A stretch of DNA of 64,000 bases. It comes from Chrysomallon squamiferum. Its lineage: Eukaryota; Animalia; Mollusca. Of the stretch, positions 52,056 to 64,000 are shown one piece after another (position 1 is the first letter of the stretch; each line of letters begins with the position of its first letter). Both the position numbers and the translations under genes were made by a program. The stretch is taken from assembly GCA_012295275.1 (NCBI GenBank), contig CM022672.1, forward strand, positions 20,336,001 to 20,400,000, written 5' to 3'. The notes beneath the pieces are model-generated. The model did not search any database, was not told the origin of the DNA, and saw only the letters and a list, made by a program, of their open reading frames with translations.

Positions 52056-52373
52056 TCTGAATAAATATTAATTAAAAACTGCACTTTAAATAATAACAAC
52101 AGCACCCATTTATCAGTGCGGTTTGGGCGTTCTCTTTCAATGTCAGACCGGAAAAATTTCTCATTAATTTAACAGATGCGCGCCAAAATAAATGCAAGTT
52201 AGACCAGTAGATTAACATTACCTTCAGTATATAACACACTACTGAGATAAAACGTTTTACTAACTACCAGATATACATTAAATGTAATTATAATATATGC
52301 TAATATATAAAAGACTTTTACAATACGTTTATGCAATATAAATTAATTTAATACTTACAAATTTAGGTGGCAT
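44425..52373 (-). CDS. Single-LIM-domain small protein, 76 aa (LIMD2/WLIM/CRIP-like)
   Basis: Exons 52373-52359 (MPPKF|GTAAGT), 45334-45213 and 44518-44425. Product: MPPKFGGGEKCGICQKTVYAQERIEAGGNPYHKICFKCSHCKMSLNLNNYAQADGILYCKNHYQSEVVAKNTQTPI*. All eight LIM Zn ligands are present. The first exon is inferred from phase 0, its Kozak context and the MPxKFGG pattern. Confidence 0.85.
50948..51113. repeat. Diverged tandem duplication, ~82 bp x 2
   Basis: ATAATAGGCTGTAGTGGTTTC...ATTAGTTAAATTA is repeated as ATAACAGGTTGTAGTGGTTTC...ATTAGTTAAATTA. Confidence 0.8.
51981..52055. repeat. (GA)n microsatellite
   Basis: Directly visible; another occurs at ~50309-50360. Confidence 0.95.
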
Positions 52374-53880
52374 TTTTGTATTTGTATAAACCCGAAAGCT
52401 GAAAAGAAGAGCAAGAGCTATGCACTGAATGCGACTTTCTCACTCTACGATAAACATTCGGCCGCTCTCGATATCGTCTGACTCATCTGGTGGGGCATGA
52501 TAGTTTTGCACACGGCCCGCAATATTTACATTAACCATACTTTCGAACAATCAATGGATATGCTGCATTATACATGTACGAACATTTAAAGAAGTGATTA
52601 TGAGATTAAAAAGGTATACCTAACGTTGTCAAACTGTCTGTTGCCGCAGGAAGTTTTAATGAAATAATAATAATAATAAATATTATATTATAAATAAAGA
52701 AAGCTAATAAATAAAAGATCAAATTCACTTTAATGTAAGATTTATTAAACGTAGCACCAAATATTTTATCAGTGAAATATTTCAAATAAATTAGGAGTGG
52801 ATCCAGGGTAAAGAATTTTTTTTTTTTTTATTATTTAACACACACACACACACACATTATTATTATTATTATTGACAGAAAGGCGTCAGTTAAATCGGAC
52901 TGCCCGAAGTTTATCAGAATAAAAAAATACATTTATTTGTGTTTGGGTAGAAAACTGTTAAGTGTATAAACAGGCAAGTAGTAGAGGCGGGAATGTTGAA
53001 ACAAATGCCATTAAAAGAACGGAACTGATTGTTATAAATAGAACATCATTATTGAAATCCATATTTAGTCAATGATAATAATAATAATAAAAAGAAAAAA
53101 TATACTTGGCAATTAAAAGATAGACGTCGTTCTATGGCTCAAGATTAAAGCCAATAGTCCATACATCTTGAACAACAGAGCTAGATATAATAGATTTATA
53201 TTATGACTTGATCAACAGAGGTCATTATAATGTATTTTCTATTAATAAATGTTGCAAGTAACTGGGAATAAATTTAACAGACACAACATGAGAAGATTTG
53301 ATATTTTATTCGATTTTTCAGTCATATATAAATAAGTCAAACATTCTACTGTTGGACATCAAATGAGTGCTGCTGATATGTTAATTCAAAATATTAGCGT
53401 TATTATAAATTTTATTCAGTGAATTTTTATATAAGGTCCAGAATGTAAACACTTTGAATTGCACATTAAACATTTACTTTTATATCTCACATTGCAGGTT
53501 TGTGTTTTAGGCTTACTACATCTCCATGCTATTTTCAGTTAAGATAATTAGAAGAAAAAACAAAATAAACTACAAATAAAATCTCTCACTGAAGTTGCTA
53601 ATGCTTTAATCTCTTTTTTTTTCTTCTTCAAAATACTAACATACAAACAGGTATATCAACAGTATGCTTAAACAGATCTCCTAGCTTTATACATATAATT
53701 ATATACACAATATAATTCTCATGAGCAAAAATAAAGTTAAAACTCATCACATCTTAATCCTAATTCATCAACATTCATTGTAAATCGGACACAGTAGTTT
53801 CATGATTAATATGAAAAATGTTTCTAAAAATGTGGAGGTTTTTTTGGGGGGGGTATAATATATTAATAAATATCATAAAA

Positions 53881-53953
<73 letters not shown>

Positions 53954-54231
53954 TAGAAACATTTTCATAAGCTACCTTGAAAAGAATACTGGCTTGGTAC
54001 TTTCTCACCTGTGAGTCAATCAGAGATCAAACAAGAAAATACTAAATGGTAACTGACATATTGTAAAGAGAAGAGTTTATAAAATCTGATTATTAGAGCC
54101 AGTATGCAACATGTGGATAGATAAATCATGCCTGCACTTAGGTTACCATTGTAAGTAATCAAACACTAAATTTCTTCATAAAGCTTATATATATATATAT
54201 ATATTTTGCTAGTGTCATGTATCTGTTATTT

Positions 54232-57200
54232 TTATAGTGATGCTTTCCATTCTTTCAAAATCTCTTCTGCTTTTTGTAAAGTTGCATCTTCCTGTAAATA
54301 ATAAATATTAATGATTACATATGATTACACAGAATTTACAGGTTCATCTAAAATTGCAATTATGGATTTCAGATTATTATTTCAAAGATTCTGATGTGTT
54401 AATTAACACAAAGATAAAATATATGTCAATTAATTCAAAAAACAAATACCTTGATAAAACAAAGTCGGATAAAATTTTCTCCCATGTGTTTATGTTCTTT
54501 GCTATAAAATGCTGATGGTGGAATTGCAGCTAATTTCTGAAATTATATGAAAAATTAAATAAATGAAACAAAGAAAGAAAGAACAATACATTTTTTTTTT
54601 TTTTTTTTTCCCTAAGGAGTATGAGTTTATTTTTCTTTTCCATTTTGGATGGACTAGTTTAAAAAGAATCATATTAAAAGTCTTTAAAAAATCATATTAA
54701 AAATATGTTTATGACATCATTTTTTATTAGCTATATCACACAAACACTTTCCAAAGTTTAATTTATTCATTCTATTAAATTTAATATAATTATTTATTTT
54801 TGTGTTATTTCTTTATTTAATACATTGGAGTTAAACAATAGATATTGATATATACACATTTTATACATACAAACATGTTGGTGAGTATACAAACCTTTTC
54901 TTTTGTCATCCATTTGACAAATTTAAAATCTTTTGGCTCATCTTCCTCAGATTCTGGTGTGTCTGGAGATTAAAACAGAATTTTAATGTGTATTGTGACT
55001 GTAAGAATGAATGGTTTAAAAAAAAAATTCTGTATTCTTCAAAGTTATTATTTTATGGTTTTGAGTGACCTATCATAGAAACAAAGTACAACATTAAAAT
55101 AATACTGTTATAAAATATTGTGATGCTGTCATTTCATCACATCACATATGAGAAAATCATTCTCCTTTGAATGCATTTATATTATAACTATAGCAAAATG
55201 GCCATTCTGTGGTATTCTTAAACTACTTATTTGACGTTATACTTTACAATTAATTTATAATGAAGACAAAAAAAATAAAATAAAATAAAATAAAACAAAA
55301 CAATTAACAGTCCTCACACCAAAAAAACCCTCAACAAAACAATAAGCAATAAGAAAAACAATTAAAATAACAACAACACAACAATAACAACCCTCACCCT
55401 TTAAAATAAATAAATAAATAAACAAAATAAAGTTTGGTGAATAGTATGTATTTATACTGTTTCTTCATATAACTGTGATAAACTTTAAAAGATGTAAAGT
55501 AGAAAACATTTGTTAATGTAATATATACTCATTAACTTCTTCTAATGTATTTATAATAAACACTGTTACAAGATTCAACATTCAGTGGATTCTGATATTT
55601 TTAGAACTGAAAAAAAAAAAATATATATACAATAAGAATACAAAGCTGCAGCATATTTCATTTTTTTATCTTCTCTAAGCATTCTCAACAGTATGAAAGA
55701 ATAAAAGAAATTTTGGAACATTTACCTTTTTTGGATCAGTTGATATTTTACATATGTAATGAGGAAAGGAGCATATTTAGGTAAGTATTAATGTTATTCT
55801 TCTTCTTCTCCTTTTTGTGAATATGTGTATATATATATATATATTTTTTTAACATAAAACTCTTCTTAATTTGAAAACTGTCTCCACCTAATGATTACAG
55901 AATGTTTTTGAAATCCTGGATCCAATCAAATTTTAACATAGTTGAAATAAAAAAAATGTTTTTAAAATCTACAGCCTACCAAAATTGGAAATGTCAGCCA
56001 TCATGAAGTAACCTCCTTCAGGAATTACAGGAAACATTCCTACTTCCTGCAACATCTGAGAAAGTTTGTTACACTTGGGCTCGAGATCCACCGAAAGTTT
56101 GTTAAAATAACAGTCAGGTGTGTTCAGTCTTTCCAACTCCACCTCAAAACTCTCAGCTATAGCTTCCTGTGCCAATTAAAAAAATAATTTAACAATAAAT
56201 AATAATAATAATAATGATGATGATGATGGTGGTATAATATATAATAATAAAAAAATTAACAAAATAACTATAACAACAAAAATAAATAAAAATAATAAAA
56301 AATAATAAAAATAATTCTAAAAAAATTAAAAATAATAATAAGAAAAATAAAATAAAATAAAAAATCCACCCAATATAATAATACTGATCATACAAAGATG
56401 TGACAATAAAATAAATTTTTTTTTTAGAAAATTACTGAGGAATTGAATTTCATTATAAAATTAACAGATAGGGATTGGAGATGGGCTGATGGTGCAAGTA
56501 TCTCTTTTATATAACTATACAACTATAAATATCAAGTTATTATAATAATTATGAATATATTTCTAAAACTTACCTGTAATATAGTGGAACAGGTATAGTT
56601 ACAGTTCTGATGCATTGTTCTCATTCCAAAGATGAGGTTTTCTGGACCAACCGTCCAGCCTAATTTCCAGCCAGTGACATTGAATGTTTTCCCTGCACTT
56701 CCAATTGTCAAAGTCCTTTCCCACATCCCTGGTAATGAAGCTGTTGTTCACAAAAAATCATAATTTATTATTATTATTTTTTAAATGGATATCATATGAA
56801 TTTCCATATGGTTCAAGAAAATGGAGAAGAAAAAAGATTCTTTTTCAGTTTGTTCCCAAATTACAAATCTAAATGTTTTGTTAAAGAATTATTTATGATC
56901 ATTGAATTAATTAAATTAAGAATGAATGAATGAATGAATGAATGAATGACCAACAACAACAATAATAATAATAATGATAATAAATAGATAAATAAATAAA
57001 TAAAACAAAGATGCAAAACATAAAAATATTCATGATTTAGAGATGATGTACAGAGGGAAATAACTAATAATAATTGTCTGCGCATGAGTAAAATGATGAA
57101 CCAAATATTGAAAAAAAAGAAAAAGAAATTACATAAAATTAAATAATTTCTCACCAATTTTTATATGCTTGTTCTGTTTGTAAACAATCCATTCATACAC

Positions 57201-57983
57201 TTCATCAGCTACACAGACAACATCATATTTTATACATAAACTGGCTACCTGTTCCAGTTCCTCTTTTGTAAACACCTGAAATATCACACAATAAATAAAC
57301 CATTAGACACACACACACACATTTTTTATATCAAACCAGCTTTTAGATACAGAAATTAATTAACTACAGTTTTAATAAGCTGTGGCGTCTGTTTTCCTGT
57401 ATATGAGAAGGTGCATAAAAAATGATTACTTTCTGCTAATTAAGAAAAATGTATTGTAGCAGTGGGTTTACTTTTTTAATCTGTCTGGTCCTTAAACATA
57501 AGTTGTCACATAACCACAGAGTAAAAACAAATTCTGTTAAATCAAAAACATTGCTTCCTTCTTTGTTGCACAGATCAAGACTCAAATATTTTTCAGTTAA
57601 ATGAATATATGAAACATCATTACTGGTATTGGTGGAGTGAACATATTAACCTTTCCAAGAGGATTGTTTGGAGTATTCAGTAACAGCAGTTTTGTCTTAT
57701 CATTAAATAGTCTCTCCAGTTCCTGAAAGTCCAGCTTCCAATCTCCACTGGATGTTGTTTTTCCTTTGGTGGTCTAACAAATAAACATAATGACTCAGAT
57801 AATAGAAATAAAAGAGAATTTATTTGAAAACATTAATAGGAAAATAAATAAAAATAAAAATAATAATAATACAAAAAAATAAAAAACATGAAAAGGAAAA
57901 CTTAATATATTTTAACATATTGTATTTAATTTTTGTAGCAAGAAGCAGGTTAAAAATACAGATAATTTTCTCTGTGTGTGTCA

Positions 57984-58020
<37 letters not shown>

Positions 58021-58360
58021 TCATGTCACCAAATTTTTATAATAAAACAAATCAACATATTTGAATTATCAGTTCGAATTTAATACATATCCCTAGTGGG
58101 TATATATGCATGTGTGTCTCTAATAATATGCATATCTCAGTGTGTGGTTGTATGTGTGTGTGTACACTGCAGACACATGACATGCATGAAATAAAATTAT
58201 TTAAAAAGAAAGAAATATAATTACTGGTCGAAGTGGGATAAATCTTGGTATGGCTCCTGCTACTCTCACCATTGGTTCATAACAATCAAAAAATGGTTCA
58301 ATGATAATTACCTGTAAAACATTATAAAAACAAATAAGATTTATAATTATTATTCATAAA

Positions 58361-58395
<35 letters not shown>

Positions 58396-59464
58396 CCCCA
58401 AAACAAAACAATAACAAACAGTTAGATTTGAACTAACCTCTAGTTTTAGATATCTTATGTTACAATCTATACATCTTAACACTACTTTATACCTTATTCA
58501 AAATTTCTAATAACAAAAAAAAAAAAAAAAAAAAAAGCTAGGAGAAAAAATAAATGTATTCCAGATTTTAATTATATCATTAGGGTTCACATTATTAATA
58601 ATAACTTATATACAATCTTTTCACATTTACAGCTCAGTCACATATAAGTCTGAGTATTTATAGTGTTTAAAGTATGTATACAAGATATGTTTATAGAGTC
58701 ATATCCTGTTCTTAATTAAATATATATTACATATTCTCATGACTATAACTACAATTACAATATAAGAGTCTTGATAATATTAAAATAGTCCAAAGCATAA
58801 GAATACTCACCAGTATGCTCAGTGATGGGAGATGTTTAACACTCAGTATAAATTTCAACCATAAAAAGGTTTGAATTGGAAACCTTCCAAACTAAAATCC
58901 TAACCACTTGAATCTGTTATCTAAATTTGCTATGGTGGTTTTGAATTATGTTTTTATTTAACAATTTACACAGTTACCTCATCTCCTGGGTTTAATAATC
59001 CTTGTATTGCACAGAACAGAGCTCCATAAGCACCAATGGATACCAGAATCTGTGACATCGGGTCAACATTCTGACCAATCAGAGGTGAGTATATTTTGGC
59101 TAGTGCATTCACTAGACGAGGATGGCCCTGATGAGTGAAAGAATATATAAAATAATACTACTACAGAAAATAAATTCACACACACACACATATATATAAA
59201 TATTATGAACTGAAATATTTCAAAATAAAATGGCTTGGAGAAAGTATAATGTCTAGAACATTCGTATAAATGCCTTTACAAAAATAACAGGTTATCAGTT
59301 ACATACAGACACCAACAAAAAAAAGAAAATAATAATAATAATAAAGTAAAATAAAATAAGTATATAAATAAATAAAAAAATAATTAATAAAACAATAAAG
59401 ACATACAAACATATACACATAAAATACCTCATCATCATCATAATCATCACTATCATTATTACAG

Positions 59465-59508
<44 letters not shown>

Positions 59509-61708
59509 TGACTTCGTGTATACTGATTAACAGAAGGGTTGTTACTTTTTGCAGCATTAACCAATGCATCTAATACATGCTGAGGTGGCATGAAATCAGG
59601 AAAACCCTATAAAAGATTTTTCTAAAATTAAATATATATTCTTATTTTACCTGTTCTACATACTGGCTCTTGAATCTTTTAATAAAACATTAAAATCACA
59701 TATATAAAAAGCGATATAATTTTTTTTTTTATGTTCATAATAATTATTATAAAAACATTTACATTACAAATTTATAATTTACTATCCAATTTATTACACA
59801 CACACATACACAATATATTATGATATTTATGATATACATATACACACACATGTATATATAAAATCAGTTATTTCAAACCTGTCCAAGATTCAAAGCTTTG
59901 CATTCTGTTGCCAGTCGTCCAAAATCCACCCTGTAAAATATTTTAAAATAACACTTTTCCCTTGAAATTCTGTTTACAATCATATGGTCTGGTGTTTAAT
60001 ATTAATTTATACTTGACATTTTGCACAAATTGAGTCTGTAAAAAATAAATTTTGTTATTACTTTGGAATTTTATAAAAAATAGCAGAAAAATATTTAGTC
60101 AATATCATAAATAAAAACAAAAACAACAACGAAATAAAACCTAACACTAACAAAAAACCTAATAAAAAGTTAAAAAAATAAAAATAAAACCACAAACAAA
60201 ACAAATAAAATCCATCCCAAAAAATAAATAACAATTTCTCATATAATTACAATTATAAAAAAAAAAATCTCTGCAGCAATGTTATGATGTTTTATTAATA
60301 ACTAAATATCCAAAGAAATATGTGCATTACATAAAAGAAAGAAGTAGTTAATGTAACATATTTAAATGTGTACCATATATTTTTCTCAGTTCCTTTAAGC
60401 TTTTCTGAGATACCAACTTTACTTGTTGTAGACATGGACTGAAAAATAGCATAAACAATAAATAAAATACAGTAAAATCAAATAAACTGAAATAAAAGAA
60501 TTTAAACTGAAAAGCAAAATGGAATGAAATAAATATTAAAATAAAATTTGATAAAAAAAATAAATTGTTTTGTAAAAACTTTATATAATCCTGTTGATTA
60601 AAAAACTTTCACATCATAATATGAACATCAAAGCATTTAATAAATAAATGAATATAAACAAACAAAAACTGAAAGAAAAATTACAAATATTTGTTAATAT
60701 TGTCACATCCATAATAAATGATATTTTACATCTGATCTTAAAATATTATTTAAAAAAAAATTACTTATTACCTTTTTTCTTCTTATTAGGATAAAAAATA
60801 ATTTTAATTTAATTATACATGTTTTTATTTCTCTGCATTGATGTTATCAGAATTCATAAAAGTTGTGTAATAATAAAAGTATTGGATAATATTAAAAAAT
60901 ATATTTCTATTTTTTCTTCCTTTTTTTTTTTTTTTTTTTTACAAGTTGGTAACACATGTATCTGCTTCAATTAGGAAATAATAAATTCAAACATTATAAT
61001 TACAAAGAAATACTGATATAAATATAAAGCTGGAATGCATTAATCCTGTAAAAAACTTGAGATTTACATCCTGAAGCAAATGGATGTTCTGGAATAATTT
61101 AAATGAAAACAAACAACACAATTTCAGTTTCAAAAGTGATATCAGAAGATACAACAACAACAAAAACTTCAACCAATTAAATAATAATAACAATAATAAT
61201 AAAACACACACACACATCAACAAAAATGGCAACAACAATAATAATAAAGAACAATCTAACCCAAAAAATAATTCTATCAATATTGTTTTGTTTTTTAGTT
61301 ATGTACATCTGTCACAGAAATATATAAACTTTCATACTGTTTATACTTTATTAAGAAATTTAGGCGTGCTTTGGAAATTAATCCAGGAATATCTGAAGTG
61401 ATTTTAAAACTATTTTAATTACCTTTTTGCCTTAAAGATGTAAACATAGGTTTAGAAAAGAAAAAAAGAAAAATGTAAAGAGAAAAATAAATAAATAAAT
61501 AACTAATGAAATTAAAAATTTAAAATAATAATAATAATAATAATAATTATTATTATTATTTAAAAGATAACAGGTGTAACATGTAACTTCATAAATGCCA
61601 CTCATTTCAACATACTTTACTGTTAAATATTTAGAATTATCAGTATACTCTATAAAGAAAAAGGAATAACAATAAATAATAATAATAATAATAAAATAAT
61701 AATAATAA

Positions 61709-61748
<40 letters not shown>

Positions 61749-62059
61749 GTAAAATCATTGAAAAAAACAGCAACCTATAAACTTTTTCAACTACCAGTCT
61801 CTCTAAAAATAAAAAACAACAATCCCCCAGAACCTCAGTGACAACCCCACGCCTATTACTGAAAAAAAAAAAAAAAAAATCCACAAACAAACAAATAATA
61901 GAAAGCCCAAGCCTATAACCAATCATTTGAAAAATGTCACTCATTTTGACTTACTCTACTTGCCACCCAGGAGCATATAATCCGTGATAGATGAAGACAG
62001 TCTTTTGATGTCAGAAATAAAGTGTTTGTTGAAAAAATTCTGAGAGCTGGGCCAAACAT
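54232..62059 (-). CDS. KYAT3: Kynurenine-oxoglutarate transaminase (KYAT3/CCBL2-like; PLP class I/II aminotransferase), ~456 aa with presequence
   Basis: Exons 62059-61955, 60438-60374, 59930-59879, 59606-59508, 59127-58978, 58311-58225, 57773-57651, 57275-57155, 56740-56574, 56166-55980, 54962-54895, 54536-54450 and 54291-54232, all phase-consistent. Motifs [63 protein letters not shown] (PLP Lys), PEGGYF, IPPSAFY, IRLCFIK. KYAT1 versus KYAT3 orthology cannot be resolved here. Confidence 0.93.
57375..57562 (+). mobile_element. Degenerate SINE fragment in a KYAT intron
   Basis: GCTGTGG..TCCTGT...GGTGCATAAAAAATGAT...CTGCTAAT...CAGTGGGTTT...TGGTCCTTAA.CATA...AAAACATTGCTTCCTTC matches the layout of Nin-domain-type gastropod SINEs as I recall them. 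Confidence 0.55.
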
Positions 62060-62065
62060 ATCTGT

Positions 62066-62074
62066 TTACTTCAT
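62066..62074 (-). promoter_or_regulatory. Minimal uORF (ATG AAG TAA) ending 6 nt upstream of the KYAT presequence ATG
   Basis: Minus strand reads ...TTTT ATG AAG TAA ACAGAT ATG TTT GGC..., within an exon whose acceptor is at ~62112. Confidence 0.65.
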
Positions 62075-63847
62075 AAAATAGATTTAAAAAAAATTTAGCG
62101 AATGTTAAAATCTGAAATATTTGCAGTTGGCAAAAAGAAAAACAATTTTATAAAAACAATAATAATGTTAAATAAAGAAAAAAGAAAATTAAAACAAATT
62201 GTATTAGAAAAACAATGTAATTTATTGTTATAAATAATCTATTTCACTTGTACCCTAGTCCTGAAACTGACCATGAAGAAAAGCCTGCATCCCTACAATG
62301 GACATTGCTTACTCAAGAATAAAAATATTAAAATTATCAGAAAATAATTCAAATAACAAACAAATAAATAAATAATCGTGAAAAAAAATAAAATAAAATA
62401 TATATACAGATAATAAAGAATAAGGAAATTTGAAGATGAATAATGAATTATCCATGTGAAATTTTTCTATATTGCTTTAAAATTTTTTTGTTAAAACGTT
62501 TTATATTTAAATAGATTATGTAACTAGATTTAAAGAGAAATTACAATATCATTACGTTAGATCTACAAGTTACAACATTATTGTTGTTTATTTATTTTTT
62601 ATTATTTTATTTTATAACTTAATTTTTTTTTTTTTTTATACAAATCACATTGTATGATTGTTCAGAGGCTGTACCTAATCACTGTTTTAGTATATTAATT
62701 TTACTTTTAGCGATTCATAACGCACTAAAGAAAAGGACAAACGTAAACGAAAATAATCCTAATACAGCTAATAAAAAATTGCAAAATTTGTTTTATTTAA
62801 AATGCTCAATGATTTTATTCTACTCTTTTCACTTTAGCCATTACGATATTCTCTTATAACACAATAATAATGATTAGTCCAAATCAATATCCGAGTTTGA
62901 ATTTTCTGTAGGACAGCAGCAGGACATCATTTACTTTATCAGCTGAATATACATGAATAATTATTATGTAAAAGAGAAATACGGTTTTAAACTACAAATA
63001 AATAAGCTTAGAATAAAACCAACAGGAAATAATAACTTGTAGATGCCTACTCTCAACACATTTCGCGAAACAGTAAAAATACAATACTCACTCGGATAGT
63101 ATCGGCTATTTCCGTAATTGCATTCGGAAGCTTATTTGATAAATTATATGGCCGTCTTCCAAGAATGGCATAAAAAAACCCCAACAAAACAAACAAACAA
63201 ACAAACAAACAAACAACAAAACAATCGCTTCATTGTTATATTCAGCATCATCGTACAATAAGAAGATATATCTATGTCAAAATACACTAACTGATCATAC
63301 AACAGTATCATAGTATCATTTTAAAGCTTTTAGATACGACAAACATTTACTTCAGTCTAAATATTTCAATCTGTAGTTATTTTTTATTTACTTTTTCTTT
63401 TTATTATGGATTTTTAATTTTGTTTATTTATTTATAACAATTTAATATTTAATTTAAATATCCAAATACGAAAAAACAGATGTCTACATGAACAATATAA
63501 CTTGAGAGAGAGATGTTTGGCCTTCATTTATTTACAAGTTGTATTGTTAAAATTAATAAATGAAGGCAAACACCAGTTTCAGTTTTCATAATTTTTATTT
63601 TTAAGTATACATTATACATTCATTATGTACAAAATAAATTAAATAGTTGAAAAATTATACTATAAAAAAACATTTTTTTTTTTTTTTATGAAATAGCAAA
63701 AAGTAAGATTAAAATATATTATAAATGAACACATCACAATTTATTACTCATTTAATTCAAACATATTCTGTAATATTATTTTGTTGTCAGTATGATCAAA
63801 ATATTAAATATCTATATCAATATCCTTGTTAGCTATAATTGTAAAAA

Positions 63848-64000
63848 CTACAGTATTTCTGGTTTTATTCTCTCAAAAATAATATAACATTTCTGAATCT
63901 TCCAATGGAAAATACATTTTTTAACTTCTTGCCAAACTTTATAAAACAGGCATGGAGTGATCCAAGGCTTCAGAAGAGCAACATTATCGGAAGTAACTAT
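63848..64000 (-). CDS. Possible terminal coding exon of an unidentified gene extending beyond the window
   Basis: Open, non-repetitive frame IVTSDNVALLKPWITPCLFYKVWQEVKKCIFHWKIQKCYIIFERIKPEIL* from the window edge, with AATAAA downstream on the minus strand. No family recognised. Confidence 0.4.
   Translation of the reverse strand: MVTSDNVALLKPWITPCLFYKVWQEVKKCIFHWKIQKCYIIFERIKPEIL

Overview
AT-rich, microsatellite-dense eukaryotic (animal) genomic DNA with spliceosomal GT-AG introns. It is probably molluscan, perhaps gastropod; this is inferred from protein and SINE resemblance only. I reconstructed exon chains by hand, so most genes differ from the supplied ORF track. In order: the 5' part of a MysB/Methyltransf_3-type O-methyltransferase (-, runs off the window start); a 10-coding-exon rhomboid-family gene whose catalytic His is replaced by Tyr (-); an intron-containing tRNA-Leu(CAA) (-); a 106-aa six-Cys secreted/GPI-type protein gene absent from the ORF track (+); DAXX (-), with a 2.3-kb long-TIR DNA transposon in its last intron that encodes an ARL14EP-N-like Cys/His domain; intronless TBC1D19 (+); an hAT-type MITE; a heavily deleted APE-RT-RNase H LINE with a structured 5' end; OSTC (+); ZZZ3 (-); a 76-aa single-LIM protein gene (-); KYAT3-like aminotransferase (-) with a mitochondrial-presequence exon preceded by a 2-codon uORF; and possibly the last exon of another gene at the right edge. 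The best leads are the rhomboid pseudoprotease, the ARL14EP-like transposon domain, the mycosporine-pathway-like O-methyltransferase and the neuritin/RGM-like GPI microprotein. All homology calls come from remembered family motifs, not database searches.
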